This document shows, piece by piece, positions 20,231 through 29,968 of a stretch of 64,000 nucleotides of DNA. Source of the DNA: Pseudomonas sp. GTDB lineage: Bacteria; Pseudomonadota; Gammaproteobacteria; Pseudomonadales; Pseudomonadaceae. The notes beneath the pieces were generated by a model, which saw only the letters and a list, made by a program, of their open reading frames with translations, was not told the DNA's origin and searched no databases. The stretch spans positions 84,076 to 148,075 of the forward strand of contig NZ_DATMIV010000018.1 of NCBI RefSeq assembly GCF_035554175.1, written 5' to 3'. Position numbers and translations under genes: made by a program. The stretch's first letter is position 1; the number at the start of each line of letters is the position of its first letter.

Positions 20231-21361
20231 ATGAAAAGTAAAACCATCCGCCGCTGGTCGTTCATTCACACCTGGACCAGCCTGATCTGCACGGTGTTTC
20301 TGCTGATGCTGGCATTGACCGGGCTGCCGCTGATTTTCAGCCACGAGATCGACCATTTGCTGGGCAACGCCCCGGAGCTGCGCGAGATGCCGGCCGACAC
20401 GCCGCAACTCAACCTGCAGCAACTGGTCGACGCTGCGCAAAAGCATCGCCCCGGCGAAGTCATGCAGTATTTCGGCTATGACGACGAAGATCCGAACGCG
20501 GCCTTCGCGATCATGGCCAAGACCGCCGATACCGAGCCGAACTCCTCACACACCTTCATGCTCGATGCGCGCACCGGCGAAGCCCTGGAGACTCCTTCGG
20601 CCAATGGCGGCCTGATGCTGTTCATCCTGCGCCTGCACGTCGACATGTTTGCCGGGTTGCCGGGCAAGCTGCTGCTGGCGTTCATGGGGTTGCTGTTTGT
20701 TATGGGGATCGTCTCCGGGACGGTGCTGTATCTGCCATTCATGCGCCGTTTGCAATTCGGCACCGTACGCCAGGACAAATCCACCCGCCTGCGCTGGCTC
20801 GATCTGCACAACCTGATCGGCGTGGTGACCCTGACGTGGTGCCTGGTGGTGGGCGTGACCGGAGTGATCAGCGCCTGCGCCGACCTGCTCATCGCCGCCT
20901 GGCGCAACGACGCGCTGGCCACGTTGATCGCGCCTTATCGCGATGCTCCACCACTGAGCCAACTGGCACCGGCGACCCGTTTGCTCGACATCGCCGAAGA
21001 AGTCGCACCGGGAATGAAGCCGGACTTCATAGCCTTCCCCGGCACGCGTTTTTCCAGCGAGCACCATTACGCGGTGTTCATGAAGGGCGGCACGCATCTG
21101 ACCTCGCATCTGCTGACACCGGTGCTGATCGATGCCACGACTCTGCAAGTGACCGCCGTGGCCGAACGCCCGTGGTACATGGACGCCATGGGCATGTCCC
21201 AGCCGCTGCACTTCGGCGACTACGGCGGCATGCCGATGAAAATCCTCTGGGCCACGCTGGATGTACTGACGATCATTGTGCTGGCCAGCGGTGTGTACCT
21301 GTGGATGGTGCGGCGCAAGGCGGCCAAGCCTGTGCTGGAAACTACGGAGGCCTCGGCATGA
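20231..21361 (+). CDS. PepSY-associated TM-helix protein (FoxB/PiuB-like)
   Basis: Four-TM PepSY_TM pattern (IRRWSFIHTWTSL..., LHFGDYGG). Confidence 0.85.
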   Translation: MKSKTIRRWSFIHTWTSLICTVFLLMLALTGLPLIFSHEIDHLLGNAPELREMPADTPQLNLQQLVDAAQKHRPGEVMQYFGYDDEDPNAAFAIMAKTADTEPNSSHTFMLDARTGEALETPSANGGLMLFILRLHVDMFAGLPGKLLLAFMGLLFVMGIVSGTVLYLPFMRRLQFGTVRQDKSTRLRWLDLHNLIGVVTLTWCLVVGVTGVISACADLLIAAWRNDALATLIAPYRDAPPLSQLAPATRLLDIAEEVAPGMKPDFIAFPGTRFSSEHHYAVFMKGGTHLTSHLLTPVLIDATTLQVTAVAERPWYMDAMGMSQPLHFGDYGGMPMKILWATLDVLTIIVLASGVYLWMVRRKAAKPVLETTEASA

Positions 21362-21537
21362 AACCGCGTCAGTCGAGTTTCTGGAAGGTCTTCAGCACAC
21401 CGATCGTGATCGCCCTGCTCAGTGCGGCGGGGCTGTTTGCGGCATTGCTGGGAGATGGCATCTGGGATGCGTTGAGCTGGGTCGGGCTTGGCGTACCGGC
21501 ATTTCTGGCCATAAGAGGTTTTCTGCCGCGAACCTGA
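21358..21537 (+). CDS. small two-TM membrane protein (59 aa), translationally coupled to the PepSY gene
   Basis: ATGA overlap at 21358-21361. Product MKPRQSSFWKVFSTPIVIALLSAAGLFAALLGDGIWDALSWVGLGVPAFLAIRGFLPRT is hydrophobic. No family assigned. Confidence 0.45.
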   Translation: MKPRQSSFWKVFSTPIVIALLSAAGLFAALLGDGIWDALSWVGLGVPAFLAIRGFLPRT

Positions 21538-21544
21538 GAATCCC

Positions 21545-21635
21545 TTGTGGGAGCGAGCCTGCTCGCGAAAGCGCCCCGACATTCAACATCAGAGTCGACT
21601 GTCACGACGCCTTCGCGAGCAGGCTCGCTCCCACA
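21545..21635. repeat. REPIN, family A
   Basis: Inverted arms at 21545-21569 and 21612-21635. Confidence 0.9.
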
Positions 21636-21700
21636 TGGGTTCTGCGCAGGCCTTGAGCAGGCTATGCTGGCCGATCATTGTCCTGATCGAGACCTTGCCC

Positions 21701-22330
21701 ATGTCCGCCCCCAGCATGACCCTGTACCACAACACCCTGTCGCCCTTCGTGCGCAAAGTCATGGTGCTGCTGCACGAAACCGGTCAGCAGGATCGTGTCG
21801 CGCTGCAGGACTGTGTGCTCAGCCCGGTCAGCCCGAATGCGGCGCTGATCGCTGACAACCCGTTGAGCAAGATTCCCGCCCTGCGCCTGGCCGACGGCAA
21901 TGTCATCCATGACAGCCGCGTCATCCTTGAATACCTCGACCAGCAGCACGTCGGCAATCCGCTGATCCCCCGCGAAGGCGCGGCGCGCTGGCGGCGGCTC
22001 ACCCTGGCGTCGATGGCCGACGGGATCATGGATGCGTCGGTGATGGTGCGTTATGAAACCGCCCTGCGCCCGGTGGAAAAACACTGGGACGAATGGCTCG
22101 ACGCCCAGCGCGACAAGATCCGCCGCGCCCTCGCCGTGCTGGAGAGCGAAGCGATCGCCGAGCTGACCAGCCATTTCGATGTCGCGGCGATCAGCGTGGC
22201 CTGCGCGCTGGGCTACCTGGACCTGCGCTTCCCGGACATGGACTGGCGCACGGCCAATCCGCAACTGGCCAACTGGTATTTCGCAGTGAGTCAGCGGCCT
22301 TCGATGATTGCAACGTTGCCAAAAATCTAA
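21701..22330 (+). CDS. glutathione S-transferase family protein
   Basis: Thioredoxin-like N-domain (LYHNTLSPFVRKV, KIPAL) plus a helical C-domain. Start moved past the REP to ATG 21701. Confidence 0.85.
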   Translation: MSAPSMTLYHNTLSPFVRKVMVLLHETGQQDRVALQDCVLSPVSPNAALIADNPLSKIPALRLADGNVIHDSRVILEYLDQQHVGNPLIPREGAARWRRLTLASMADGIMDASVMVRYETALRPVEKHWDEWLDAQRDKIRRALAVLESEAIAELTSHFDVAAISVACALGYLDLRFPDMDWRTANPQLANWYFAVSQRPSMIATLPKI

Positions 22331-22347
22331 GCCGTCTGCTCTGGCCT

Positions 22348-22421
22348 CTTCGCGAGCAAGCTCGCTCCCACAACATGGGTGCCATACCCGAATCCCTTGT
22401 GGGAGCGAGCTTGCTCGCGAA
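22348..22421. repeat. REPIN, family A (CAAGCTCG variant)
   Basis: Arms at 22348-22373 and 22397-22421. Both arms carry the same A/T variant. Confidence 0.9.
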
Positions 22422-22505
22422 TGTACCAGCTCGGTTCCGGCGGCAGCGCTGCAACAATCAGCGTCAGCAAAACCGCTGCTTCCCTGCGCTCAGCTCTCAA
22501 CCCGC

Positions 22506-23873
22506 TCATCGCATCGCCTCCACATCAAACTCAAGCGGCTTGGCCGATTTTGCGCCAATCCCGTACCAGTCCAGTTTGCGCGTCAGCACCATGAACACCC
22601 CGAGCAGGCCGAACAACATCAGCGAGCCCATCAGCAGCGCGTAATCCTCGGCGCTGAGCAGTCCGTAAAGCAGGCCATACAACGCCGCCAGACCCGCCGA
22701 AAAACTCCAGCCATGCCGCGCACTGCGCAGGACGTGACTGACATAAAAACCGATCAGCAACACGCAGCCGCTGGCCGAGAGCAAATACGCCAGAGCAAAG
22801 CCGATATGCTCCGACAGTGACAACAGCAACAGATAAAAGAACGCCAGCGCGACACCGACCAAGGCGTATTGCACCGGGTGCACCGCCAGACTCTTGAGCA
22901 CTTCGAAAAGGAAGAAACCGGCGAACGTCAGGACGATGAACAGCAGCGCATATTTGATCGCCCGATCGCTTTTCAGGTACTGATCCACTGGATCAATAAA
23001 ACTCACACCGAAGCTGCGGCCATTGAGCGCATCACAGTCACCGGCGACACAGCGCTGCATGGCTTCTTGCAGGTTGGTGGAGAAGAACGAGGTCTGCCAA
23101 TCGGCGCTGAAACCCTGATCGTTGATCTCGCGCTTGGCCGGCAGAAAGTTACCGACGAAGCTGGGGTGCGGCCAGTTGGCGGCGAGGCTGACGCTGCTGG
23201 TCTTGCCCACCGGCACCACACGCAACGAGCCGGTGCCTTGCAAACGCAGGTCAAAACCAAAGGTCAGCTGCGTGGCTTTGCTGGCGTCCAGTGCCGGCAA
23301 GATTACGTGCACGCCCTCGCCGATCCAGGCCACTTCGCTGCCGGGCACGAAGTCCAGCTGCTGGCCGGCGACCTCCAGTTTCAGCGCATTCTCGATGCCA
23401 CGAATGTCGCTGATACCGACGGCCAGGAACGGCGCGTCGAATCGGTAATCGGCGAAATCCTCTGTGATGCCCAACTGCGCCGGTAGCGAAAAATGCCCGT
23501 CGATGCGGTTGTCGGCATGGAACAGCCGCGCCTCGTAAATGCCGCGTTTGCGCAGTTCTGTTTGCACCTGACCATCGAGTTCGAAACGCTCCGGCAGAAA
23601 GTACAAGCGCCCGCGCGTTTCGCTGACTTCCTCGTAGCGCTTGTTGGTTTTCTCATTGGTCTTCCAGGTGCGTACGAGCTTGCGGTACGGCACCACCATC
23701 ACCGGCCCGGTCAGTTGCTGGCTGTAACTGGAACTGCGCGCGATGTCTTCGAGCACCCCGTCGCGCAATTGCTGACGCTCGTCGATGACGCCGTCAATCA
23801 TCAACAGCGGGATCAGCAACAGCAGGATCAGCAAGGCAATCGCGCCGAGCTTGATGGTCAGATTCTTGTTCAT
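22506..23873 (-). CDS. creD: inner-membrane protein CreD
   Basis: 455 aa starting MNKNLTIKLGAIALLILLLLIPL, with a C-terminal multi-TM region; downstream of creBC. Confidence 0.9.
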   Translation of the reverse strand: MNKNLTIKLGAIALLILLLLIPLLMIDGVIDERQQLRDGVLEDIARSSSYSQQLTGPVMVVPYRKLVRTWKTNEKTNKRYEEVSETRGRLYFLPERFELDGQVQTELRKRGIYEARLFHADNRIDGHFSLPAQLGITEDFADYRFDAPFLAVGISDIRGIENALKLEVAGQQLDFVPGSEVAWIGEGVHVILPALDASKATQLTFGFDLRLQGTGSLRVVPVGKTSSVSLAANWPHPSFVGNFLPAKREINDQGFSADWQTSFFSTNLQEAMQRCVAGDCDALNGRSFGVSFIDPVDQYLKSDRAIKYALLFIVLTFAGFFLFEVLKSLAVHPVQYALVGVALAFFYLLLLSLSEHIGFALAYLLSASGCVLLIGFYVSHVLRSARHGWSFSAGLAALYGLLYGLLSAEDYALLMGSLMLFGLLGVFMVLTRKLDWYGIGAKSAKPLEFDVEAMR

Positions 23874-23955
23874 GGGACTCTCCCTGTTTGGATGGGGGGA
23901 GTCTGATGAGTGGGCGTGAGGGTTTTGTGGGGGGAATGTGGAGATTGTGTGGAAA

Positions 23956-24039
23956 GATCAAAAGATCGCAGCCTTCGGCAGCTCCTACAGTTGTACCGTA
24001 TTCCAAATGTAGGAGCTGCCGAAGGCTGCGATCTTTTGG
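23956..24039. repeat. REPIN, family B
   Basis: Inverted arms at 23956-23990 and 24008-24039. Confidence 0.9.
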
Positions 24040-24044
24040 CTATC

Positions 24045-25463
24045 TCAAGGCAGGCGCAATACCACTTCAACCCCGCCCTCGACATTGCCGATGCGCATGG
24101 TCCCGCCATGCAACTTGATCACTTCCTCAACGAAGTTCAGCCCCAGCCCGGTGCTCTTGCGTCCGCTGTCGGGGCGCGGCAGTGAGTAGAAGCGTTCGGT
24201 CAGACGCGGCAGAGCGTAATCGGGGATCGGCGTGGTCTGGTTGAACAGGCGAACCTCGATCTGCTCGCCAACCCGCTCGGCACTCAAGCGCAACAGGCCC
24301 TGCGCCGGAGTGAAATCCAGCGCGTTCTCGAGCAGATTGCCCAGCGCCTGACGGAGCAGAAACGGCTCGCCAATCAGCAGCAGTTCCTCGCCGATCATTT
24401 GCTCGATACGCAGTTGTTTGCGTTCGATCCGCGCCGCCTGCGCCTTCAACAATTGGCCGACCAACATCGCCAGCGGCACTGCCACCCGCTCCTCCAACCC
24501 TTGGCGTTGTTCGACCTGCGCCAGGTTGAGCAGGCGCTCGATCAACTGCTGCATCCGTGCGCTTTCGCTGTCGATGTTGCCGACGAAGCGCAAACGCTGG
24601 AGCGGCGGCATATCACTTTGTAACAACTCCGCCGCACCACGAATCGCCGCCAGCGGACTTTTCAGTTCATGGGTCAGGGTGTGGACGTAGCGTTCGACGT
24701 AGGCCTTGCCTTCGAGCTGCGTGCGCATGTGCTCGACCGCCGTTGCCAGTTGCTCCAGCTCGCCGCCGCGATAATGCGGTACTTCAACGCGCCGGCCTTC
24801 GCTCACCGCTTGGGCATAACCGGTCAAACGATGCAGCGCGCGACTCAGCCACCACGACAGCAACGCACCGAACAACAGACCGAGGCCGACCAGGCCGGCG
24901 CCATAGGCGAGCAGACGCCGCTCGGTGCGATCGACGTAGGGCTGCAGCGAACTGTTGGGCTTGGCCACGGTGACCACGCCGATGATCCTGCCGTTGTCAC
25001 GGATCGGCGCGCCGACGTGCATCACCGAGGAATTAGGATCGTCAGGGTCGCTGCGGCTGGAACGCGCGCCGTATTCGCCGCGCAGGGTCAGATACACGTC
25101 GTTCCAGCGCGAATAATCCTGGCCGACCGCGACGCCGCTGGAGTCGAGCACAACAATGCCCTTGGCGTCGGTGACGTAGATGCGGTGGTTGACCTGGTTC
25201 TTCGGCAAGCCCCAGATCGTCGCTTGCGGCTGGCGTTCGCCATAGGCACGGAGCAACTGCGGCCAGCGGTTCTCGCTGAGGGTGCCGGCCTTGAAATCGT
25301 CGCGCAGGATTTCCGCCATCAGGTTGGCGGTGTCGACCAGTGTTTCTTCAGTCGACTGGCGCACACCGGGGCGGATTTCTTCCATCACCGTGTTGAGCAC
25401 GAAATAACCGGTCAGGCCGACGAACAGCACGTACACCAGAAAAATCCGCAACCCCAACGACAT
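24045..25463 (-). CDS. creC: sensor histidine kinase CreC
   Basis: H-box HELKSPLAAIRGAAELL, plus N and G boxes. Start set at MSLGLRIFLVY, with ATGA overlap onto the creB stop at 25463. Confidence 0.9.
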   Translation of the reverse strand: MSLGLRIFLVYVLFVGLTGYFVLNTVMEEIRPGVRQSTEETLVDTANLMAEILRDDFKAGTLSENRWPQLLRAYGERQPQATIWGLPKNQVNHRIYVTDAKGIVVLDSSGVAVGQDYSRWNDVYLTLRGEYGARSSRSDPDDPNSSVMHVGAPIRDNGRIIGVVTVAKPNSSLQPYVDRTERRLLAYGAGLVGLGLLFGALLSWWLSRALHRLTGYAQAVSEGRRVEVPHYRGGELEQLATAVEHMRTQLEGKAYVERYVHTLTHELKSPLAAIRGAAELLQSDMPPLQRLRFVGNIDSESARMQQLIERLLNLAQVEQRQGLEERVAVPLAMLVGQLLKAQAARIERKQLRIEQMIGEELLLIGEPFLLRQALGNLLENALDFTPAQGLLRLSAERVGEQIEVRLFNQTTPIPDYALPRLTERFYSLPRPDSGRKSTGLGLNFVEEVIKLHGGTMRIGNVEGGVEVVLRLP

Positions 25464-26143
25464 CAGCTGTGCCCCGGGCTGTAGCTGTATCCGAGGCCGC
25501 GGTGGGTCTGGATCGGCTCGGCCTCGGCGCGCACCAGACGCAACTTGGCGCGCACGCTTTTGATGTGGCTGTCGATGCTGCGCTCGTAACCGGCATCGGC
25601 GGCAACGCCCAGCGCATCGAGCAATTGCTCGCGGCTGAACACTCGTTCGGGTTGTTCGAGCAGGCATTGCAACAGGCGGAATTCGTGGCGGGTCAGGCTC
25701 AGCGGCTGGCCGCGATAGCTGATCTGTACGCGTTCGGGATCGATGCGAAACAGCGCAGAGCCTGCTTCCACCGCAGAGCGCGGCGCCATGCGTTTGAGGA
25801 TGGCTTTGACCCGTGCCGCCACTTCCCGGGGGCTGAACGGCTTGACCACGTAATCGTCGGCGCCGATCTCAAGCCCGACCACCCGATCTATTTCAGCGTC
25901 CCGGGCACTGAGAAACAGCACTGGCACTTCAGTGAAGCGCCGCAGTTGCTTGCAGGTTTCGAAGCCACTGATGTCCGGCAGGCCAATGTCGAGAATGATC
26001 AGATCGGCCGGCGTCTGCCGCTGATGCTCCAGCGCCGCCGCGCCGAGGCTCAGCCACGCGGTGGTAAAGCCCTCGCCCTGCAGGGCAAAAATCAGCGTGT
26101 CGGCAATCGCCGCTTCGTCTTCGACAATCAGGATGTGCGGCAT
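25463..26143 (-). CDS. creB: OmpR-family response regulator CreB
   Basis: Receiver (ILIVEDE..DLIILDIGLPD) plus a winged-helix output domain (RGLGYS). Confidence 0.9.
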   Translation of the reverse strand: MPHILIVEDEAAIADTLIFALQGEGFTTAWLSLGAAALEHQRQTPADLIILDIGLPDISGFETCKQLRRFTEVPVLFLSARDAEIDRVVGLEIGADDYVVKPFSPREVAARVKAILKRMAPRSAVEAGSALFRIDPERVQISYRGQPLSLTRHEFRLLQCLLEQPERVFSREQLLDALGVAADAGYERSIDSHIKSVRAKLRLVRAEAEPIQTHRGLGYSYSPGHS

Positions 26144-26212
26144 GGCGTCCGAGCCCGTGGCAGGTGATCCGCGAACGGTGCCCCAAGCCCGGTGTTACGT
26201 CAATCAGACCAC

Positions 26213-26719
26213 TTAGCAGTCAGGCTTGTCGGCGGTATAGCGCCGCGCCGGATTCACCGCAGCGCCGAACTCGCGCAGGGCCTTGGCGCCGATCAACAAC
26301 GGGTAGTTGAAGTGGCTGCGGTCGGTCAGGTTGACCTCGACCGTGCGTTTGACGTTGCCCAGGCACAGTTCCAGATCGACCACCGGGCGCTTGGCGACAT
26401 CGCTGGCATCGCGCTCCTCGTCGTCCTCGTCGGAACGGCTTTTGATCTTGCTGATGCGCGCCACCTTGTGCTCGAAGACCTTGTCGCTGGCGTCCTTGGT
26501 GGCGAGGCGGAAACGCACCCAGTCATCGCCATCGCGGGTGAACGTCTCGATGTCCTTGGCCGACAGCGAGGCGGTCAGCGCGCCGGTGTCCATCTTGGCC
26601 TTGAGCACTTCGCCGCCGATTTCCGGCAGCGCGATGTATTCGTAACGCCCGTACAGCGTCGGCTCGGCGGCCATGACCGGCAGCGCGACGAGGGCAAACA
26701 GAGCAAGGAGGGATTTCAC
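26213..26719 (-). CDS. secreted retropepsin-like protein (family usually annotated ATP-dependent zinc protease, COG4067)
   Basis: Signal peptide MKSLLALFALVALPVMA; KMDTGALTASL aspartic-protease-like motif; LLIGAKAL. GTG start after AAGGAAG. Confidence 0.65.
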   Translation of the reverse strand: MKSLLALFALVALPVMAAEPTLYGRYEYIALPEIGGEVLKAKMDTGALTASLSAKDIETFTRDGDDWVRFRLATKDASDKVFEHKVARISKIKSRSDEDDEERDASDVAKRPVVDLELCLGNVKRTVEVNLTDRSHFNYPLLIGAKALREFGAAVNPARRYTADKPDC

Positions 26720-26792
26720 GTAAGGGGCTTCCTTGGAAGGTTGGGCAACGGCATTTTAGACCGCCACCTTTGAATTCGTTCGGGTGAATCAA

Positions 26793-26868
26793 GATCAAAA
26801 GATCGCAGCCTTCGGCAGCTCCTACAGGGATCGGTGTAGGAGCTGCCGAAGGCTGCGATCTTTTGATC
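26793..26868. repeat. REPIN, family B
   Basis: Inverted arms at 26793-26828 and 26835-26868. Confidence 0.9.
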
Positions 26869-26966
26869 TTACGGTTTGAAAAGTGAAACATTCGTCAGCG
26901 CCGATTTGGCCTGTCGCGCGAAGCTGCTTATCATGGCCCGCCCCCTGCCACTTCAAAGAGTTGCTT

Positions 26967-27854
26967 ATGCGCCGCCTGCTCACCGGCTGTTTCGTCACCC
27001 TGCTGCTGTTGCTCAACACCCTGATCCTGATCGGCCCGTTGATGGTGTTTGCCCTGCTCAAACTGGTCGCCCCCGGGCGCTGGCGCGATCACGCATCGGC
27101 GGCGGTGATGTGGATTGCCGAGACCTGGGCCGAGATCGACAAACTGATCTTCCAGCTGTGCATTCCGACGCAGTGGGACATTCGTGGCGGCGACGATCTG
27201 CGCCGCGACACTTCCTATCTGGTGGTCAGCAACCATCAATCGTGGGTCGACATTCCGGCACTGATCCAGACCCTCAACCGGCGCACGCCGTTCTTCAAGT
27301 TCTTCCTCAAGAAAGAGCTGATCTGGGTGCCGTTCCTGGGTCTGGCGTGGTGGGCGCTGGATTACCCGTTCATGAAGCGCTACACCAAGGCCTTTCTGGC
27401 GAAGAACCCGGAACTGGCGGGCAAGGATCTGGAAATCACCAAAGCCGCTTGTGAGTTGTTCAAGCGTCAGCCGGTGACCGTGGTCAATTACCTCGAAGGC
27501 ACTCGCTATACCTTGGCAAAAAGCACGCAGCAGACGTCACCCTTCAACCACCTGCTCAAGCCCAAGGCCGGCGGCGTCGCGTTTGTGCTGGCGGCGATGG
27601 GCGAACAGCTCGATGCGATGCTCGATGTGACGGTGGTGTATCCGCAGGAAAGGATTCCGGGCTTCTGGGATTTGATCAGCGGCAACGTGCCGCGGGTGAT
27701 TATCGACATCAAGACCCGCGAACTCGACCCGACGCTTTGGCAGGGCGATTACGAGAAAGATCCGGCGTTCCGCCAGCGCCTCCAGAACTGGGTCAACCAG
27801 CTCTGGACCGAGAAGGATCAGCGCATCGCCGAGCTGCGCAACGAGCGTCGCTGA
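26967..27854 (+). CDS. PlsC/YihG-like acyltransferase
   Basis: HX4D motif in VVSNHQSWVDIPAL; N-terminal TM helix. Start set at MRRLLTGCF. Confidence 0.8.
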   Translation: MRRLLTGCFVTLLLLLNTLILIGPLMVFALLKLVAPGRWRDHASAAVMWIAETWAEIDKLIFQLCIPTQWDIRGGDDLRRDTSYLVVSNHQSWVDIPALIQTLNRRTPFFKFFLKKELIWVPFLGLAWWALDYPFMKRYTKAFLAKNPELAGKDLEITKAACELFKRQPVTVVNYLEGTRYTLAKSTQQTSPFNHLLKPKAGGVAFVLAAMGEQLDAMLDVTVVYPQERIPGFWDLISGNVPRVIIDIKTRELDPTLWQGDYEKDPAFRQRLQNWVNQLWTEKDQRIAELRNERR

Positions 27855-27855
27855 T

Positions 27856-28413
27856 TCAACTGCCGGTGCCAGTGCCCCAGATGCTGCCCAGACTGCTCAA
27901 CAGCGAACCGCCGACGCCCTGCTGACCGAGGTATTGCAGCAGCACCGGGGCAAACTGGCCGATCATGCCGCTGTCCATGCCCAATGCGCTGAAGGCATTG
28001 TTCAGGTCGTTGCTGTCTTTGACGTTGCCCAGCGCATTTTCCAGGCCAGCGGACTTGCCGGACGAACCGAGCAACGCCCCGAGCGCCGCCAGATTGCCGC
28101 TGCCACCGGACAACTTGTCGATGCCCGGCACTTCCTTGGCCAGTTGCGAATAGTCGGTGCTGCTCAATTGATTCTTGGCCAGCCCGAGCATCGCACTGGT
28201 GCCGCCAACAGCTTGCTCCGGCGTGACATCCAGCGCACTGAGGGCGCTGAGCAAACCGGCGGTCTCCGAGGTCGGCGCCGCAGCGGCCGCCTTGTCACCA
28301 CCCTGCATACCCGCTACCGCACCGGCCACATCCTTGAGACTGAAACCGGCAAACACCGGCCCGGCGGCCAGGGTCAGGAGTGATGCCAAGGCAAAACCGC
28401 GTGAAATCCTCAT
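27856..28413 (-). CDS. secreted DUF2780-like protein
   Basis: Signal peptide, then a low-complexity Gly/Ala/Ser/Leu-rich body. Family call is from memory. The stop is 1 nt from the convergent acyltransferase stop. Confidence 0.65.
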   Translation of the reverse strand: MRISRGFALASLLTLAAGPVFAGFSLKDVAGAVAGMQGGDKAAAAAPTSETAGLLSALSALDVTPEQAVGGTSAMLGLAKNQLSSTDYSQLAKEVPGIDKLSGGSGNLAALGALLGSSGKSAGLENALGNVKDSNDLNNAFSALGMDSGMIGQFAPVLLQYLGQQGVGGSLLSSLGSIWGTGTGS

Positions 28414-28562
28414 TCAGACATCCTCTTGCGCTGTGGAAACCGCCCGTAGAAGGGCGGCGAAACTGCCGGTTTGACCGGGTATCCGCCGGCATGTTCCGGC
28501 GCGGCGCATCCATTTTCGTCCGGCCTGCGTATATAAAACGTGAAATCCCGGACACCCTCGTG

Positions 28563-29153
28563 ATGAATGGCACAACCGCTGTCGCTGAACTAGCCTGTGA
28601 ACAGTCCGAGCCCAGCCCTCGTCGCCCGACCTTTGCCTGGAGAGTCGTCACTTCCATCGCCGACACCGATCAGCTGCGACAGTTGTTGGCCCAGTGTTCA
28701 CTGGGTGATCGTCGCGCCTTCGAAACGCTCTATCGCAGCGTCGGCCCGCGTCTGCACGGCGTGGCCCTGCGTTTTATGGGCCGCACCGATCTGGCCGAGG
28801 AAGTGCTGCAGGAAAGCTTCGTGCGCATCTGGAACAACGCCTCGCGCTACGAAGCGCATCTGTCGGCGCCGCGGACCTGGATGATCAACATAACCCGCAA
28901 CCAAGCCATCGATCAGTTACGCAAACAGCGCGACCGGCCACTGGGCGATCTCGAGCAGGACGCACTGCCGGACGAAAGTCCTTCTGCGCATGAACAATTG
29001 AGCAGCGCCCGCGCGGCTCAGGCGCTGAACCGTTGTCTGGAAACCCTCGACGGCATGCAGCGCCAGTCGATCAGCGTGGCTTACTTTCAGGGCGTTTTCT
29101 ACGGAACATCCGGTGCCCCAGCGCGTGTGGAATGGCATCACCGCGCGGATTGA
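28563..29153 (+). pseudogene. ECF sigma factor lacking its sigma-4 HTH (internal deletion joins it to anti-sigma remnants)
   Basis: Sigma-2 is intact (DLAEEVLQESFVRIWNNASRY, WMINITRNQAIDQLRK). After ...QRQSISVAYFQG the expected LS..E.A...G.P.GTVKS HTH is replaced by VFYGTSGAPARVEWHHRAD-stop. Confidence 0.6.
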
Positions 29154-29481
29154 GCCGCAAGTCCTACATTTGCCGGAAAAACGACCGTTCTGGAACTGGC
29201 TGCGTATCACGGCCGCGCTGTGTTCAATCGTGGTGCCGGTATTCTTCGGCTCGCTGGACAACCGCGACGATGCCCGCTACACCGCGACCCTGCTGAACGC
29301 CGACGCGCAACCGGCGTTGAAGGTCGAGGCGCATGCGGATTACATGCAAGTAGAGCCTCTGACGCCGGCGGCGGTTGATTCGGATCGCAGCCGACTGGAC
29401 CCGTGCTTTATCAGGGGGCTCTGGCCGCACTCTGACCAAATAATGCATCAAAAATCGGTTTCTTATCGCGAGAGAATATAA
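29113..29481 (+). pseudogene. anti-sigma factor fragment (RskA/ChrR-like middle part only)
   Basis: Begins inside the conserved PQRVWNGITARI segment with no N-terminal zinc/anti-sigma domain. From about 29395 it runs into lower-GC DNA and ends in unrelated sequence. Confidence 0.5.
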
Positions 29482-29485
29482 AAAC

Positions 29486-29501
29486 CTGTCAGATCTGACA
29501 G
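29486..29501. promoter_or_regulatory. perfect 16-bp palindrome CTGTCAGATCTGACAG (CTGT-N8-ACAG)
   Basis: Lies 62 bp upstream of the DUF3757-like ATG. A near-identical copy is at 30572. Confidence 0.5.
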
Positions 29502-29563
29502 TACCCCTAATTGGGCAAGTTCCTCATGCTGGGCATCCCATCCAGACACACAGGAGTGTGCAA

Positions 29564-29905
29564 ATGAGCAAGTCGATCGCAATGGCACTTTTCGTCATCG
29601 GTGCAGCAACCACGAACGCTTATGCGGCCAGTGTCGAAAGTTGCCCCCCGGTGAATACCATCAAATCATCGGCCTATACGGACAGCAGCGTTCCGGAGCC
29701 GGACAACACCGGTTTCCAATACAGATCGAGTTTCAATGGCAAAACATGGACCGGCGTAACGCTGTCAACCCGAGACGACTTTCTGGCACCGAAATATGAG
29801 CTGAAAGCGGAAAGCTTCGACGGTTCGATCTGCACTTATGGCGGGAAAAAAATTGTTGAAAACGGCGAAAATTCCACTCCCTATCTGAAACTTAAAGCCA
29901 ATTGA
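29564..29905 (+). CDS. small secreted protein, DUF3757-like
   Basis: AGGAG-N7-ATG; signal peptide MSKSIAMALFVIGAATTNAYA; mature part has 2 Cys. Family call is from memory. Confidence 0.65.
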   Translation: MSKSIAMALFVIGAATTNAYAASVESCPPVNTIKSSAYTDSSVPEPDNTGFQYRSSFNGKTWTGVTLSTRDDFLAPKYELKAESFDGSICTYGGKKIVENGENSTPYLKLKAN

Positions 29906-29938
29906 TCCTGGCGCCTTCAGGCTTAGATCTCTCATAAG

Positions 29939-29966
29939 AAGGGCGACCCATGGGTCGCCCTTTTTT
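29939..29966 (+). terminator. Rho-independent terminator
   Basis: GGGCGACCCATGGGTCGCCC followed by TTTTTT. Confidence 0.8.
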
Positions 29967-29968
29967 CG

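Noticed and set aside
27852-27858. Convergent acyltransferase and DUF2780 genes whose stop codons are 1 nt apart.
   Set aside because: This is real but unremarkable on its own. There is no room for a terminator, yet no sign of a frameshift or fusion.
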